A stretch of DNA of 64,000 nucleotides, taken from Deltaproteobacteria bacterium. GTDB taxonomy: Bacteria > Desulfobacterota > Binatia > HRBIN30. The notes under the pieces are model-generated. The model had not been told where the DNA came from, did no database searches, and saw nothing but the letters and a program-made list of their open reading frames with translations. The position numbers and the translations under genes are program-made. Shown here piece after piece: positions 61,696-64,000 of this stretch; position 1 is the first letter of the stretch; the number at the start of each line of letters is the position of its first letter. The stretch lies in contig JACQEN010000188.1 in the NCBI GenBank assembly GCA_016200585.1, positions 105-64,104 of the forward strand, read 5' to 3'.

Positions 61696-63159
61696 TCATT
61701 TCGTTTCGAAGTCGTCGAGGCGCGGCCGGCTCATTTCTTCGCGGAAACGATCGAAGGTCCACGGCCACGCCGTCGGCAAACCACCGTCGTCGAGGTACCA
61801 GCTCTTGCAGCCGCTGTTCCAGATGGTGTTCTTGGCGGCTTCGCGACGCTCGCGATCGAAACGTTCCATCGCCGCGCGCGAGGGGCTGAGCTCTTTGCAC
61901 TTGCTGCGGACCTGTTCGACGAGCTGCAAGATGTACGAGAACTGCAGCTCGGCGACCTCGATCAGCGAGAAGTTGCCGACCGGCCCGTTCGGTCCGTTGA
62001 GCATGAACAGATTCGGAAAGTCGGGAAGGGCGATCGCCATGTAGGCGTACGGGCCGTTTCTCCAAACCTCTTCCAGACGAGTACCGTTGCGGCCGACGAC
62101 ATCCATCGGGCGCATGAATCGATCGACGCGAAACCCGGTGGCCAGAACCAACACGTCGAGTGCGTGCAGCGTGCCGTCGCGCGTGCGCACGCCGGCCTCC
62201 TCGATCCGTTCGATGCTCTCGGTGACGAGCCTGGCATTCGGCCGCTGGATCGCGTCGTAGAAGTTCTCCGACATGATCAGGCGTTTGCACCCGGCTCGAT
62301 AGTTGGGGCGGAGCTTCTCGCGCAGCACCGGGTCCTTCACGTTGTTTTCGAGATTGGCGACGCAGAAAGCATGCAGCGCCTGCAGCTGAATCGAGTTTAC
62401 GTCGGCGAGGTGGTTGGCGAACCCTTCGACGAACATATGGGAGATTTCGGCGCGTAGCTGCGTGATCGCTTCCGTGTGTTCACGAAAGTTCGCCTTCTCC
62501 GTTTCGCTGTAGGCCGGGTTGAGCGCCGGTGCGATCCATTGCGGCGTGCGCTGGAAGAGCGACAGCTCGGCTGCTTGATCGACCAGCGCCCCGACGATCT
62601 GGATGGCGCTCGAGCCGGTGCCGATGACGCCGATGCGTTTGCCGGCCAACGGTACGTCGTGGTTCCAGCGGGCGCTGTGAAACATGGCGCCGGCGAAACG
62701 GTCGAGCCCGGCGATGTCGGGATAACTGGGGTGATGCAGGACACCGGTGGCGGCAATCACGAAGTCGCCGGCGTCGGTCGATCCATCGGCCATGGTGATT
62801 TTCCAACGGCCGTCGTTGCGCTCGCAACGGGTGATTTCCTTGCCGTAGCGAATCAGCGCGTCGACTCCGTAGCGCCGCGCGACATCTTCGAAGTAGGCCT
62901 GGATTTCGGAGCCCGCGGAGAAACGGTGGCTCCAGTCGGGATTGAAGGCGAAGGAGTAGCTGTACAGATGCGAAGGAACATCGCAGGCGATTCCCGGGTA
63001 GGTGTTTTCGCGCCAGGTTCCGCCGAGGCGATCGGCTTTCTCGTAGATGGCGAAGTTGTGCAGCCCGGCTTCCTGCAGCCGAATGGCACTGAGGATGCCC
63101 GACATGCCTGCTCCGATGATGAGGAAGCGTGGGTTGGAGGAAGTTGAACTGGTGGTCAT
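61696..63159 (-). CDS. Baeyer-Villiger/flavin-containing monooxygenase
   Basis: RFLIIGAGMSGI, LGGTWRENTYPGIACD, BVMO fingerprint FAGAMFHSARW, second Rossmann VIGTGSSA. ATG 63159 preceded by GAGGAT (alternative ATG 63180). Confidence 0.85.
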   Translation of the reverse strand: MTTSSTSSNPRFLIIGAGMSGILSAIRLQEAGLHNFAIYEKADRLGGTWRENTYPGIACDVPSHLYSYSFAFNPDWSHRFSAGSEIQAYFEDVARRYGVDALIRYGKEITRCERNDGRWKITMADGSTDAGDFVIAATGVLHHPSYPDIAGLDRFAGAMFHSARWNHDVPLAGKRIGVIGTGSSAIQIVGALVDQAAELSLFQRTPQWIAPALNPAYSETEKANFREHTEAITQLRAEISHMFVEGFANHLADVNSIQLQALHAFCVANLENNVKDPVLREKLRPNYRAGCKRLIMSENFYDAIQRPNARLVTESIERIEEAGVRTRDGTLHALDVLVLATGFRVDRFMRPMDVVGRNGTRLEEVWRNGPYAYMAIALPDFPNLFMLNGPNGPVGNFSLIEVAELQFSYILQLVEQVRSKCKELSPSRAAMERFDRERREAAKNTIWNSGCKSWYLDDGGLPTAWPWTFDRFREEMSRPRLDDFETK

Positions 63160-63374
63160 CGAATGATCCTCGGTGGTCATCTCTGCGCTATTGCGACCCG
63201 TTTCGCTATCGTCCCTACCTATCTTAGGCGCCGTGCGTCGGTCCATGAGATCCACTGGCTCGATCGATTGCAAGCGTGGTGATGCCATCACTTCCGCCTT
63301 GACCGCATCTTCCGGCCTGTCCTAAGAGCACAGGACTCATTCGAAGTTAAAAAGCCCGGGGGGAGTCATCGCCG

Positions 63375-64000
63375 ATGTTGTCTGTCAGAACCGCAAGGAT
63401 CCGTGCGCGTCGCTTGCTTTTCCTTGTCCTGCCGTTTCTCCTCGTTGCCTGTGGCGACGACGGCGAGGGCAACAGCGCGAATGTCGTGGCCGGGCCGCGT
63501 GCCGGGATGGCCGAAGGGTATGCCGACTTTCCGGTCGGTACACCGCTCGGCGGCTACACGGCGCGTTGTCGCTGCTTCGGCAATCACGGCAAGACCGACG
63601 GCCGCCGCACGGCGTACAACGACTCGTTCAATCCCTCGGTCGGTGTGCAGACGCAGCCGAAGATCGTCGTCTTGTGGTTGGAGACCGGTGGCCAGGACCT
63701 GGTGCTCGTCAAGACCGATGCGATCTACACGTTCGAAGGGATGGTCGATATTCTCGAACAGCGGCTGAGCGCGGCGACGGGCCGCGACCTTGCCGGCAAG
63801 GTCATCATCGCTTCCAGCCACAGTCACAGCGCTCCGGCGAACTTCGACCAGGGACTGACGTGGTATCTCGGCGGCGACAAGTTCAACCGCGAGGTGTTCG
63901 AGCGCGTCGTGAAGAGCATGACCGGCGTGGCGCTCGACGCGTGGCACAAGCGTGAGGCGGCGGCAATTGGCATCGGGCAACTCAAGAACTGGGACCCCAA
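63375..64000 (+). CDS. Neutral/alkaline ceramidase-like lipoprotein; 3' end cut by window edge (not in the ORF track)
   Basis: GGGGGGAG before ATG 63375. My translation MLSVRTARIRARRLLFLVLPFLLVACGDDG (lipobox LVAC) ...PVGTPLGGY...LVKTDAIY...VIIASSHSHSAP is open to base 64000. It resembles the ceramidase N-domain HTHSGP region. Confidence 0.65.
   Translation, partial: MLSVRTARIRARRLLFLVLPFLLVACGDDGEGNSANVVAGPRAGMAEGYADFPVGTPLGGYTARCRCFGNHGKTDGRRTAYNDSFNPSVGVQTQPKIVVLWLETGGQDLVLVKTDAIYTFEGMVDILEQRLSAATGRDLAGKVIIASSHSHSAPANFDQGLTWYLGGDKFNREVFERVVKSMTGVALDAWHKREAAAIGIGQLKNWDP

Noticed and set aside
63366-63980. 204-aa minus-strand ORF at the window end.
   Set aside because: It is antisense to an open + frame starting at 63375 that has an SD, a lipoprotein signal and ceramidase-like motifs. 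The minus ORF has no recognisable features.
1-64000. Mobile elements, a genomic-island signature, tRNA or rRNA genes.
   Set aside because: No transposase, integrase or recombinase translations were seen. I spotted no T-loop-like GGTTCGAATCC motifs and no long terminal or direct repeats. A tRNAscan/Infernal run would be needed for a formal negative.

Overview
This is a 64-kb window of a visibly GC-rich (not computed) bacterial chromosome. Its content points to a diderm: Tat and Sec signals, lipoboxes and outer-membrane-type barrels. A Myxococcus-type Cys-rich repeat hints at a Myxococcota/deltaproteobacteria-like lineage (low confidence). I call 47 protein-coding genes. The first and last are cut by the window edges. 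The last, a ceramidase-like lipoprotein starting at 63375, is missing from the ORF track because it has no stop inside the window. I recognised no rRNA, tRNA, CRISPR array, transposase, integrase or phage genes. Ordinary content: two sensor kinases, a GH5 hydrolase, YebC, an amine oxidase, an aldehyde dehydrogenase, a 2-oxoacid:ferredoxin oxidoreductase, an alpha/beta hydrolase, an ABC1 kinase, ArsR-ArsM, two GMC oxidoreductases, a VapBC-like TA pair, and a BVMO/crotonase/thiolase-like/ABC-transporter operon. Candidates for something new: (i) Three diverged, monocistronic, Tat-exported NarG-like molybdoenzyme alpha subunits have no beta, gamma or chaperone genes nearby and show non-canonical FS0 ligand spacing; two of them are preceded by a shared 23-nt element. 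(ii) A set of large Sec-exported modular proteins carries Pro/Thr linkers and unassigned Cys-bearing C-terminal modules, one of which is shared by two otherwise unrelated proteins; a GT-C/PMT-like glycosyltransferase lies nearby. (iii) An ECF sigma / ZAS anti-sigma / zinc-ribbon-PspC operon is flanked by a second PspC paralog and a GGFFN-repeat protein with a sorting-signal-like tail. All family assignments come from reading the translations by eye. No database search, HMM or folding program was run.
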